This document shows positions 51,801 to 62,948 of a stretch of 64,000 nt of DNA, piece after piece. How positions within the stretch are numbered: the stretch's first letter is position 1; the number at the start of each line of letters is the position of its first letter. Under the pieces are notes generated by a model, which was not told where the DNA came from, made no database searches, and saw only the letters and a program-made list of their open reading frames with translations. The stretch spans positions 62,001-126,000 of the forward strand of contig NW_027141701.1 of NCBI RefSeq assembly GCF_036365525.1, read 5' to 3'. Position numbers and translations under genes: made by a program. Source of the stretch: Heterodontus francisci (taxonomy: Eukaryota).

Positions 51801-54800
51801 GTACTGACCCACCGACAGTGCAGCCCTCCCTCAGTACTGACCCACCGACAATGCAGCACTCCCTCAGTACTGACCCACCGACAGTGCAGCACTCCCTCAG
51901 TACTGACCCTCTGACAATGCAGCACTCCCTCAGTACCGACCCACTGACCGTGCAGCTCTCCCTCAGTACTGACCCACCGACAGTGCAGCTCTCCCTCAGT
52001 ACCGACCCACCGACAATGCAGCTGTCCCTCAGTACTTACCCTCTGACAGTGCAGCCCTCCCTCAGTATTGACCCTCTGACAATGCAGCTATCTCTCAGTA
52101 CCGACCCACCGACAGTGCCGCTCTCCCTCAGTACTGACCCACCGACAGTGCAGCTCTCCCTCAGTACCGACCCACCGACAATGCAGCTGTCCCTCAGTAC
52201 TTACCCTCTGACAGTGCAGCCCTCCCTCAGTACTGACCCTCTGACAATGCAGCACTCCTTCAGTACTGACCCACCGACAGTGCAGCTCTCCCTCAGTACC
52301 GACCCACCGACAATGCAGCTGTCCCTCAGTACTTACCCTCTGACAGTGCAGCCCTCCCTCAGTACTTACCCTCTGACAGTGCAGCCCTCCCTCAGTACTT
52401 ACCCTCTGACAGTGCAGCCCTCCCTCAGTCCTTACCCTCTGACAATGCAGCTTTCCCTCAATACTGACCCACCGACAATGCAGCTCTCCCTCAGTACTGA
52501 CCCACCGACAGTGCAGCTCTCCCTCAGTCCTGACCCACCGACAGTGCAGCTCTCCCTCAGTACTGACCCACCGACAGTGCAGCACTCCCTCAGTACTGAC
52601 CCAACGACACTGCAGCTTTCCCTCAGGACTGACCCACCAACAATGCAGCACTCCCTCAGTACCGACCCACTGACAATGCAGCTCTCCCTCAGTACTGACC
52701 CACCGACAGTGCAGCACTCCCTCAGTACTTATCCTCTGACAGTGCAGCCCTCCCTCAGTACTGACCCACCGACAGTGCAGCTCTCCCTCAGTACCGACCC
52801 ACCGACAATGCAGCACTCCCTCAGTACTTACCCTCTGACAGTGCAGCCCTCCCTCAGTACCGACCCACCGCAAATGCAGCTGTCCCTCAGTACTTTCCCT
52901 CTGACAGTGCAGCACTCCCTCAATACTCACCCTCTGACAATGCAGCCCTCCCTCAGTATTGACCCTCTGACAGTGCAGCACTCCCTCAATACTGACCCTC
53001 TGACAATGCAGCCCTCCCTCAGTACTGACCCACCGACAGTGCAGCTCTCCCTCAGTACTGACCCACCGACAGTGCAGCTCTCCCTCAGTACCGACCCACC
53101 TACAATGCAGCTGTCCCTCAGTACTTACCCTCTGACAGTGCAGCCCTCCCTCAGTATTGACCCTCTGACAGTGCAGCACTCCCTCAGTACTGACCCTCTG
53201 ACAATGCAGCACTCCCTCAGTACTTACCCTCTGACAGTGCAGCCCTCCCTCAGTACTTACCCTCTGACAGTGCAGCCCTCCCTCAGTACTTACCCTCTGA
53301 CAATGCAGCTTTCCCTCAGTACTGACCCACCGACTGTGCAGCCCTCCCTCAAAACTTACCCTCTGACAGTGCAGCCCTCCCTCAGTACTTACCCTCTGAC
53401 AATGCAGCTTTCCCTCAGTGCTGACCCACCGACAGTGCAGCACTCCCTCAGTACTGACCCACCGACAGTGCAGCACTCCCTCAGTACTGACCCTCTGACA
53501 GTGCAGCTCTCCCTCAGTACCGACCCACCGACAATGCAGCTGTCCCTCAGTACTTACTCTCTGACAGTGCAGCCCTCCCTCAGTATTGACCCTCTGACAA
53601 TGCAGCTCACCCTCTGTACCGACCCACCGACAGTGCAACTCTGCCTCAGTACTGACCCACCGACAGTGCAGCTCTCCCTCAGTACTGACCCACCGACAAT
53701 GCTGCACTCCCTCAGTCCCGACCCACTGACAATGCAGCTCTCCCTCAGTACTGACCCACCGACAGTGCAGCACTCCCTCAGTACTTATCCTCTGACAGTG
53801 CAGCCCTCCCTCAGTACTGACCCACCGACAGTGCAGCTCTCCCTCAGTCCGGACCCACCGACAATGCAGCACTCCCTCAGTACTTACCCTCTGACAGTGC
53901 AGCCCTCCCTCAGTACTGACCTACCGACAATGCAGCACTCCCTCAGTACTGACCCACCGACAGTGCAGCCCTCCCTCAGTACTGACCCACCGACAATGCA
54001 GCACTCCCTCAGTACTGACCCACCGACAGTGCAGCACTCCCTCAGTACTGACCCTCTGACAATGCAGCACTCCCTCAGTACCGACCCACTGACCGTGCAG
54101 CTCTCCCTCAGTACTGACCCACCGACAGTGCAGCTCTCCCTCAGTACCGACCCACCGACAATGCAGCTGTCCCTCAGTACTTACCCTCTGACAGTGCAGC
54201 CCTCCCTCAGTATTGACCCTCTGACAATGCAGCTCTCTCTCAGTACCGACCCACCGACAGTGCCGCTCTCCCTCAGTACTGACCCACCGACAGTGCAGCT
54301 CTCCCTCAGTACCGACCCACCGACAATGCAGCTGTCCCTCAGTACTTACCCTCTGACAGTGCAGCCCTCCCTCAGTACTGACCCTCTGACAATGCAGCAC
54401 TCCTTCAGTACTGACCCACCGACAGTGCAGCTCTCCCTCAGTACCGACCCACCGACAATGCAGCTGTCCCTCAGTACTTACCCTCTGACAGTGCTGCACT
54501 CCCTCAGTACTTACCCTCTGACAGTGCAGCCCTCCCTCAGTACTTACCCTCTGACAGTGCAGCCCTCCCTCAGTCCTTACCCTCTGACAATGCAGCTTTC
54601 CCTCAATACTGACCCACCGACAATGCAGCTCTCCCTCAGTACTGACCCACCGACAGTGCAGCTCTCCCTCAGTCCTGACCCACCGACAGTGCAGCTCTCC
54701 CTCAGTACTGACCCACCGACAGTGCAGCACTCCCTCAGTACTGACCCAACGACACTGCAGCTTTCCCTCAGTACTGACCCACCGACAGTGCAGCACTCCC

Positions 54801-55832
54801 TCAGTACTTATCCTCTGACAGTGCAGCCCTCCCTCAGTACTGACCCACCGACAGTGCAGCTCTCCCTCAGTACCGACCCACCGACAATGCAGCACTCCCT
54901 CAGTACTTACCCTCTGACAGTGCAGCCCTCCCTCAGTACCGACCCACCGCAAATGCAGCTGTCCCTCAGTACTTTCCCTCTGACAGTGCAGCACTCCCTC
55001 AATACTCACCCTCTGACAATGCAGCCCTCCCTCAGTATTGACCCTCTGACAGTGCAGCACTCCCTCAATACTGACCCTCTGACAATGCAGCCCTCCCTCA
55101 GTACTGACCCACCGACAGTGCAGCTCTCCCTCAGTACTGACCCACCGACAGTGCAGCTCTCCCTCAGTACCGACCCACCTACAATGCAGCTGTCCCTCAG
55201 TACTTACCCTCTGACAGTGCAGCCCTCCCTCAGTATTGACCCTCTGACAGTGCAGCACTCCCTCAGTACTGACCCTCTGACAATGCAGCACTCCCTCAGT
55301 ACTTACCCTCTGACAGTGCAGCCCTCCCTCAGTACTTACCCTCTGACAGTGCAGCCCTCCCTCAGTACTTACCCTCTGACAATGCAGCTTTCCCTCAGTA
55401 CTGACCCACCGACTGTGCAGCCCTCCCTCAAAACTTACCCTCTGACAGTGCAGCCCTCCCTCAGTACTTACCCTCTGACAATGCAGCTTTCCCTCAGTGC
55501 TGACCCACCGACAATGCAGCTGCCCCTCAGTACTTACCCTCTGACAGCACAGCACTCCCTCAGTACTTACCCTCTGACAGTGCAGCCCTCCCTCAGTATT
55601 TACCCTCTGACAATGCAGCCCTCCTTCAGTACTGCCCCTCCGACAGTGCTGTGCTCTCTCAGTACCGACCCTCCGACAGTGCAGCACTCCCTCAGGACTG
55701 ACCCACCGACAGTGCAGCACTCCCTCAGTACTGCCCCTCCGACAGTGCTGTGCTCTCTCAGTACCGACCCTCCGACTGTGCAGCACTCCCTCCGTACTGA
55801 CCCTCCGACAGTGCAGCACTCCCTCAGTACTG
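42831..55832. repeat. 33-bp satellite array, about 394 copies
   Basis: Unit cagtgcagcactccctcagtactgacccaccga; 11-aa periodicity; three 32-bp variants shift the frame. Confidence 0.98.
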
Positions 55833-55920
55833 CACTAAAGCATCAGCCTAGATTTTGTGCTGAATGATTGGGAAATTCTGATTGTGAGGTGAGAGTGCTA
55901 CCATCGAGGCCCAGCTGACA
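42831..55920 (-). mobile_element. Deu-domain SINE (SacSINE1/AmnSINE1-like) hosting the 33-bp array
   Basis: Left edge 'ggcacctccgaca' and right edge 'cagtactgcact..catcagcctagattttgtgct...gaggtgagagtgctacc...cagctgaca' match consecutive parts of the reverse-complemented Deu-SINE head and body as recalled. Confidence 0.75.
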
Positions 55921-55984
55921 TCACATAAAAAAGAATATTTCCACTGAGAGTGCAGTGGGCTTGACTGAAAAAAGTAGATCAAGC

Positions 55985-56569
55985 CTGGTCTTGATAATGA
56001 GGTTCACTCTCCTCAGGTATAGGTCATTCCTTTCGGGTTTGGTGAGGTGACCCTGTTATGTATTCCACTCCTGCTAACTTTCTGCAGTTGTGTTTGTGTT
56101 TAACAAACTTGCTGGTGTATTTTGCAATGATCTTATAGGGCTCTGTCTCTGTGCATTGGGAACAGAGAGACCTCAGGTTTCTGAACAGCACAAACCTTGT
56201 AAGCATCTGACATTTCAACATTCCTTCCAGACACAACATGTAGATGCAGTTATCCATTATATATTCAACACACATCCCCACCACAGAGAACACATCAGAG
56301 CCCAGTTTACCCGCGTTTCCTGTTATAGTCACCAGGATGGGCTCCTGTACCCACAACCATAAACTGTCTACAATTTCTATGTAACATGACTGAGCTTCAT
56401 ATTCTGGGATAACCAGCCTGTTAAAGCCTGAAAGTGAAGCAAGTTTCCCTTTCCTCATTGTCTGGGTTTGACACTGTGAGGTATGTGTGATGGTCAATAA
56501 CGATCCAGTGTTTATCAATAAATCCTGTCTGTGGCCAACCAGAACAACTGGGTAAAGCAACCCCATCAC
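55985..56569 (-). pseudogene. pol: ERV-B aspartic protease plus RT N-terminus remnant
   Basis: 'LLINTGS' (DTG with D to N), flap-like 'LSGF', 'KLGSDVF' (ILGxD); then 'KHKHNCRK..GVEYITGSPHQTRKE*PIPEES' resembling the pre-RT QYP motif. Confidence 0.7.
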
Positions 56570-59500
56570 ATCAGACCCTCACTCCGACTGTGGGAAGACC
56601 ACTCCCTCCTCACGCCCCTATCACATCAGACCCTCACTCCGACTGTGGGGAGACCACTCCCTCCTCACGCCCCTATCACATCAGACTCTCCTTCCGGCTG
56701 TGGGGAGAACACCCCACCTCACTCTCCCATCATATTGGACCCTTATACCAGCTGTAGGGACACCACTCCTCCCTCAATCCTCCATCAGCTTGGACACTCA
56801 CTCCAACTGTGGGGAGACCACTCCCTCCACCCTAACCTATCACATCGGACACTCACTCCAACTGTGGGGAGACCACTCCCTCCTCCCTAACCCATCACAT
56901 TGGACCCTCACTCTCAACTGTGGGGAGACCACTCCCTCCACCCGAACTCATCACATCGGACACTCACTCCAACTGTAGGGAGACCACTCCCTCCACCCTA
57001 ACCTATCACATCGGACCCTCACTCCAACTGTGGGGAGACCACTCCCTCCTCCCTAACCGATTACATCGGACACTCACTCTAACTGTGGGGAGACCACTCC
57101 CTCCACCCTAACCTATCACATCGGACCCTCACTCCAACTGTGGGGAGACCACTCCCTCCTCCATAACCGATCACATCGGACACTCACTCCAACTGTAGGG
57201 AGCCCACTCCCTCCTCCCTAACCTATCACATCGGACCCTCACTCCAACTGTGGGGAGCCCACTCCCTCCTCCCTAACCCATCACATTGGACCCTCACTCC
57301 AACCGTAGGGAGCCCACTCCCTCCTCCCTAACCCATCACATTGGACCCTCACTCTCAACTGTGGGGAGACCACTCCCTCCTCCCTAACCTATCACATCGG
57401 ACCCTCACTCTCAACTGTGGGGAGCCCACTCCCTCCTCCCTAACCCATCACATTGGACTCTCACTCCAACTGTGGGGAGACCACTCCCTCCTCCCTCAAT
57501 CCTCCATCAGATTGGACCCTCACTCCAACTGTGGGGAGACCACTCCCTCCTCCCTAACCGATCACATCGGACCCTCACTCCAACTGTGGGGAGACCACTC
57601 CCTCCTCCCTAACCCATCACATTGGACCCTCACTCCAACTGTGGGGAGACCACTCCCTCCTCCCTAACCGATCACATCGGACACTCACTCCAACTGTGGG
57701 GAGACCACTCCCTCCTCCCTAACCCATCACATTGGACCCTCACTCCAACTGTGGGGAGACCACTCCCTCCTCCCTAACCCATCACATTGGACCCTCACTC
57801 CAACTGTGGGGAGACCACTCCCTCCTCCCTAACCGATCACATCGGACACTCACTCCAACTGTGGGGAGACCACTCCCTCCTCCCTAACCGATCACATCGG
57901 ACACTCACTCCAACTGTGGGGAGACCACTCCCTCCTCCCTAACCTATCACATCGGACCCTCACTCCAACTGTGGGGAGACCACTCCCTCCTCCCTAACCG
58001 ATCACATCGGACACTCACTCCAACTGTGGGGAGACCACTCCCTCCTCCCTAACCGATCACATCGGACACTCACTCCAACTGTGGGGAGCCCACTCCCTCC
58101 TCTCTAACCCATCACATTGGACACTCACTCCAACTGTAGAGAGACCACTCCCTCCACCCTAACCTATCACATCGGACCCTCACTCCAACTGTGGGGAGAC
58201 CACTCCCTCCTCCCTAACCGATTACATCGGACACTCACTCTAACTGTGGGGAGACCACTCCCTCCACCCTAACCTATCACATCGGACCCTCACTCCAACT
58301 GTGGGGAGACCACTCCCTCCTCCATAACCGATCACATCGGACACTCACTCCAACTGTAGGGAGCCCACTCCCTCCTCCCTAACCTATCACATCGGACCCT
58401 CACTCCAACTGTGGGGAGCCCACTCCCTCCTCCCTAACCCATCACATTGGACCCTCACTCCAACCGTAGGGAGCCCACTCCCTCCTCCCTAACCCATCAC
58501 ATTGGACCCTCACTCTCAACTGTGGGGAGACCACTCCCTCCTCCCTAACCTATCACATCGGACCCTCACTCTCAACTGTGGGGAGCCCACTCCCTCCTCC
58601 CTAACCCATCACATTGGACTCTCACTCCAACTGTGGGGAGACCACTCCCTCCTCCCTCAATCCTCCATCAGATTGGACCCTCACTCCAACTGTGGGGAGA
58701 CCACTCCCTCCTCCCTAACCGATCACATCGGACCCTCACTCCAACTGTGGGGAGACCACTCCCTCCTCCCTAACCCATCACATTGGACCCTCACTCCAAC
58801 TGTGGGGAGACCACTCCCTCCTCCCTAACCGATCACATCGGACACTCACTCCAACTGTGGGGAGACCACTCCCTCCTCCCTAACCCATCACATTGGACCC
58901 TCACTCCAACTGTGGGGAGACCACTCCCTCCTCCCTAACCCATCACATTGGACCCTCACTCCAACTGTGGGGAGACCACTCCCTCCTCCCTAACCGATCA
59001 CATCGGACACTCACTCCAACTGTGGGGAGACCACTCCCTCCTCCCTAACCGATCACATCGGACACTCACTCCAACTGTGGGGAGACCACTCCCTCCTCCC
59101 TAACCTATCACATCGGACCCTCACTCCAACTGTGGGGAGACCACTCCCTCCTCCCTAACCGATCACATCGGACACTCACTCCAACTGTGGGGAGACCACT
59201 CCCTCCTCCCTAACCGATCACATCGGACACTCACTCCAACTGTGGGGAGCCCACTCCCTCCTCTCTAACCCATCACATTGGACACTCACTCCAACTGTAG
59301 AGAGACCACTCCCTCCTCCCTAACCTATCACATCGGACCCTCACTCTCAACTATGGGGAGACCACTCCCTCCTCCCTAACCTATCACATCGGACCCTCAC
59401 TCTCAACTGTGGGGAGCCCACTCCCTCCTCCCTAACTCATCACATCGGACCCTCACTCAACTGTGGGGAGCCCACTCCCTCCTCCCTAACCTATCACATC

Positions 59501-61400
59501 GGACCCTCACTCTCAACTGTGGGGAGACCACTCCCTCCTCCCTAACCGATCACATCGGACACTCACTCCAACTGTGGGGAGCCCACTCCCTCCTCCCTAA
59601 CCTATCACATCGGACCCTCACTCAACTGTGGGGAGCCCACTCCCTCCTCCCTAACCTATCACATCGGACCCTCACTCCAACTGTAGGGAGCCCACTCCCT
59701 CCTCCCTAACCCATCACATTGGACCCTCACTCTCAACTGTGGGGAGACCACTCCCTCCTCCCTAACCCATCACATTGGACCCTCACTCTCAACTATGGGG
59801 AGCCCACTCCCTCCTCCCTAACCTATCACATCGGACCCTCACTCCAACTGTGGGGAGCCCACTCCCTCCTCCCTAACCCATCACATTGGACCCTCACTCC
59901 AACCGTAGGGAGCCCACTCCCTCCTCCCTAACCCATCACATTGGACCCTCACTCTCAACTGTGGGGAGACCACTCCCTCCTCCCTAACCTATCACATCGG
60001 ACCCTCACTCTCAACTGTGGGGAGCCCACTCCCTCCTCCCTAACCCATCACATTGGACTCTCACTCCAACTGTGGGGAGACCACTCCCTCCTCCCTCAAT
60101 CCTCCATCAGATTGGACCCTCACTCCAACTGTGGGGAGACCACTCCCTCCTCCCTAACCGATCACATCGGACCCTCACTCCAACTGTGGGGAGACCACTC
60201 CCTCCTCCCTAACCCATCACATTGGACCCTCACTCCAACTGTGGGGAGACCACTCCCTCCTCCCTAACCGATCACATCGGACACTCACTCCAACTGTGGG
60301 GAGACCACTCCCTCCTCCCTAACCCATCACATTGGACCCTCACTCCAACTGTGGGGAGACCACTCCCTCCTCCCTAACCCATCACATTGGACCCTCACTC
60401 CAACTGTGGGGAGACCACTCCCTCCTCCCTAACCGATCACATCGGACACTCACTCCAACTGTGGGGAGACCACTCCCTCCTCCCTAACCGATCACATCGG
60501 ACACTCACTCCAACTGTGGGGAGACCACTCCCTCCTCCCTAACCTATCGCATCGGACCCTCACTCCAACTGTGGGGAGACCACTCCCTCCTCCCTAACCG
60601 ATCACATCGGACACTCACTCCAACTGTGGGGAGACCACTCCCTCCTCCCTAACCGATCACATCGGACACTCACTCCAACTGTGGGGAGCCCACTCCCTCC
60701 TCTCTAACCCATCACATTGGACACTCACTCCAACTGTAGAGAGACCACTCCCTCCTCCCTAACCTATCACATCGGACCCTCACTCTCAACTATGGGGAGA
60801 CCACTCCCTCCTCCCTAACCTATCACATCGGACCCTCACTCTCAACTGTGGGGAGCCCACTCCCTCCTCCCTAACTCATCACATCGGACCCTCACTCAAC
60901 TGTGAGGAGCCCACTCCCTCCTCCCTAACCTATCACATCGGACCCTCACTCTCAACTGTGGGGAGACCACTCCCTCCTCCCTAACCGATCACATCGGACA
61001 CTCACTCCAACTGTGGGGAGCCCACTCCCTCCTCCCTAACCTATCACATCGGACCCTCACTCAACTGTGGGGAGCCCACTCCCTCCTCCCTAACCTATCA
61101 CATCGGACCCTCACTCCAACTGTAGGGAGCCCACTCCCTCCTCCCTAACCCATCACATTGGACCCTCACTCTCAACTGTGGGGAGACCACTCCCTCCTCC
61201 CTAACCCATCACATTGGACCCTCACTCTCAACTATGGGGAGACCACTCCCTCCTCCCTAACCTATCACATCGGACCCTCACTCTCAACTGTGGGGAGCCC
61301 ACTCCCTCCTCCCTAACCTATCGCATTGGACCCTCACTCTCAACTGTGGGGAGACCACTCCCTCCTCCCTAACCCATCACATTGGACCCTCACTCCTGAC
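56560..61400. repeat. 55-bp satellite array, about 88 copies
   Basis: Unit ccactccctcctccctaacccatcacattggaccctcactccaactgtggggaga; 110-bp spacing between 57611 and 57721. Confidence 0.97.
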
Positions 61401-61487
61401 TATGAGGAGGCCTCTCCTTCTCTATTGGGATTCTCTGTTGGCCATGCCTCCTTCTGTTGATCTTGACTGTAGGGTAATGGGAGGCCC

Positions 61488-62330
61488 TCAGCTTGCTGCA
61501 GCCACTCTCTCAGTAATCTTCTCCATGTTCAGCAGAGTTTCTAATCGCTCAATCTGTTGTCCAAAGCAGTGAATGTGATCACTTTCTCCTCCATCTCCTC
61601 CCTAGGGAGCTCGTCCAAAGTGTGGACCCCCTTTCTCTCCCAGATCTCCAATTCCTGTCCACATGACCTGGTTTATCACAGTTCGAGTAGTTCAGACTGT
61701 GTGTGGCTCGCTTGTGGACTGGCTCAGTCCCAGTCTCTGTCCCTAGTGGGACAAGGCTCGTCCACAGCTGAGACCTGCCTTTTCTGAGTCTCCGCTGCTC
61801 AAACTCACTCACCTGCTGGATGATCCCAACCTGGTGTCACCTCTTATCTAGCTTGTTCCCAGTCCAATCCTGTGTGGACCGACACTCCCACCTTCTCCTT
61901 TAGAATGGGAGATAATCAAACAAGGAATAAGGATTTAAATCTGGGGTCTGTCATGGCTGGTGCTCACTTCCCTTCTCCTCCTGTCACCCCTACTCCCAAG
62001 ATATAAATGTTAAAGATGCTCTAGAATGTTTCAGGGCTCCTTGTCTTACTCCACCCGCCTGTGCTAATAGTTAGGCAGGGTCCATCCCTAAGATAGTCAG
62101 TATTGCCCTTGTCAGCAGGAACATCTCAATCAGTTGCATCTTCCAGCCCCTCCTGGACCATTCGCCGTTCCACCACACTTTTACATGTCTACTTTAAACC
62201 TGAGCAAACACGAGTTCCTGTTGACACTATTTGTGGTTTCCTGTATCTGGGGTTGACTTGGTCTGTGGTGCAGCCTTTAATGTTGCCTGTGTATCCTTTA
62301 GGTTACTTTTACAGCTACCTTCTCCCTTAA
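61488..62330 (-). pseudogene. gag: ERV-B gag remnant (coiled coil, MHR/CA-CTD, zinc knuckle)
   Basis: MHR-like 'VRQG' near 62040; 'DPRFKSLFLV*LSPILKEKV' at about 61890-61948; decayed CCHC knuckle 'YSNCDKPGHVDRNW' at 61648-61689; terminal '...ERVAAAS*' with TGA at 61488-61490. Confidence 0.7.
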
Positions 62331-62437
62331 CCCATTGTTTATCTTACAGTTTCCAATATCCCCTCCACACTGATTTGCCATCCTGCTTATTGACATTGGA
62401 GTGTCACTGGTCTTCCTTGGAGGTAGACTCACTCTGC

Positions 62438-62590
62438 AAACCTTTCCCTTTTTCAATTCACAGCTCCTGGTTTCTAAATCTTTTTCGCCCAGAGACTACT
62501 GTAGTTTTATTCTGATTGGACACAAATATGCCAACGAACCAATCAGTATGCAGCAGTCTGAATAACCAACAACATCTTCTGATTTAATGC
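62438..62590 (+). promoter_or_regulatory. MHC class I-type proximal promoter
   Basis: ISRE-like 'cctttcccttttc' near 62441; S/X-like 'acagctcc' and 'cccagagac'; Y box CTGATTGG (62512-62519); CCAATCAG (62539-62546) 19 nt further on. Confidence 0.55.
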
Positions 62591-62597
62591 AATCAGC

Positions 62598-62835
62598 ACT
62601 GGGCACAGCTCACAGACCCAGAACACGGGGCAGAGGAATCACACAGTCTGAACTGGACACAGCTCACAGACCCAGAACACGGGGCAGAGAAATCACACAG
62701 TCTGAACTGGGCACAGCTCACAGACCCAGAACACGGGGCAGAGGAATCACACAGTCTGAACTGGACACAGCTCACAGACCCAGAACACGGGGCAGAGGAA
62801 TCACACAGTCTGAACTGGACACAGCTCAGAGCCCG
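62598..62835. repeat. 54-bp tandem repeat, about 4.3 copies
   Basis: Unit g(g/a)cacagctcacagacccagaacacggggcagaggaatcacacagtctgaactg. Confidence 0.95.
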
Positions 62836-62899
62836 AGACAGTATTTGGGAAAAGGATTCCCCACAAACTGTTCATCCCAGACTGTTGAGGGAAGCAACA

Positions 62900-62948
62900 A
62901 TGATTGGAGTGATAGAACTGGTCCTCCTGTGTGGAGGAGTCTCTGCAG
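62900..62948 (+). CDS. Leader (signal peptide) exon 1 of a probable MHC class I heavy-chain gene or pseudogene
   Basis: Kozak-like acaATG; MIGVIELVLLCGGVSA + G; consensus phase-1 donor CAG|GTGAGT; closely resembles shark class I leaders as recalled (MIGLIVLxLLCGxVSA). Confidence 0.7.

Noticed and set aside
42746-55867. Mucin-like ORFs of 834-1536 aa (STDPPTVQLSL)n and their antisense ORFs
   Set aside because: Products of a stop-free 33-bp SINE-derived monomer; open on both strands, frameshifted by 32-bp units, with no signal peptide or splice structure.
27890-61400. CRISPR-like arrays (33-37-bp repeats)
   Set aside because: Head-to-tail repeats with no unique spacers, no cas genes, and a vertebrate context.
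56800-61400. Interstitial telomere
   Set aside because: Only one CCCTAA per 55-bp unit; no (TTAGGG)n runs.
21601-62330. One single giant provirus spanning gag (62 kb) to LTR (21.6 kb)
   Set aside because: A second gag N-terminus lies downstream of pro, and the coiled-coil motif occurs twice; two elements fit better.
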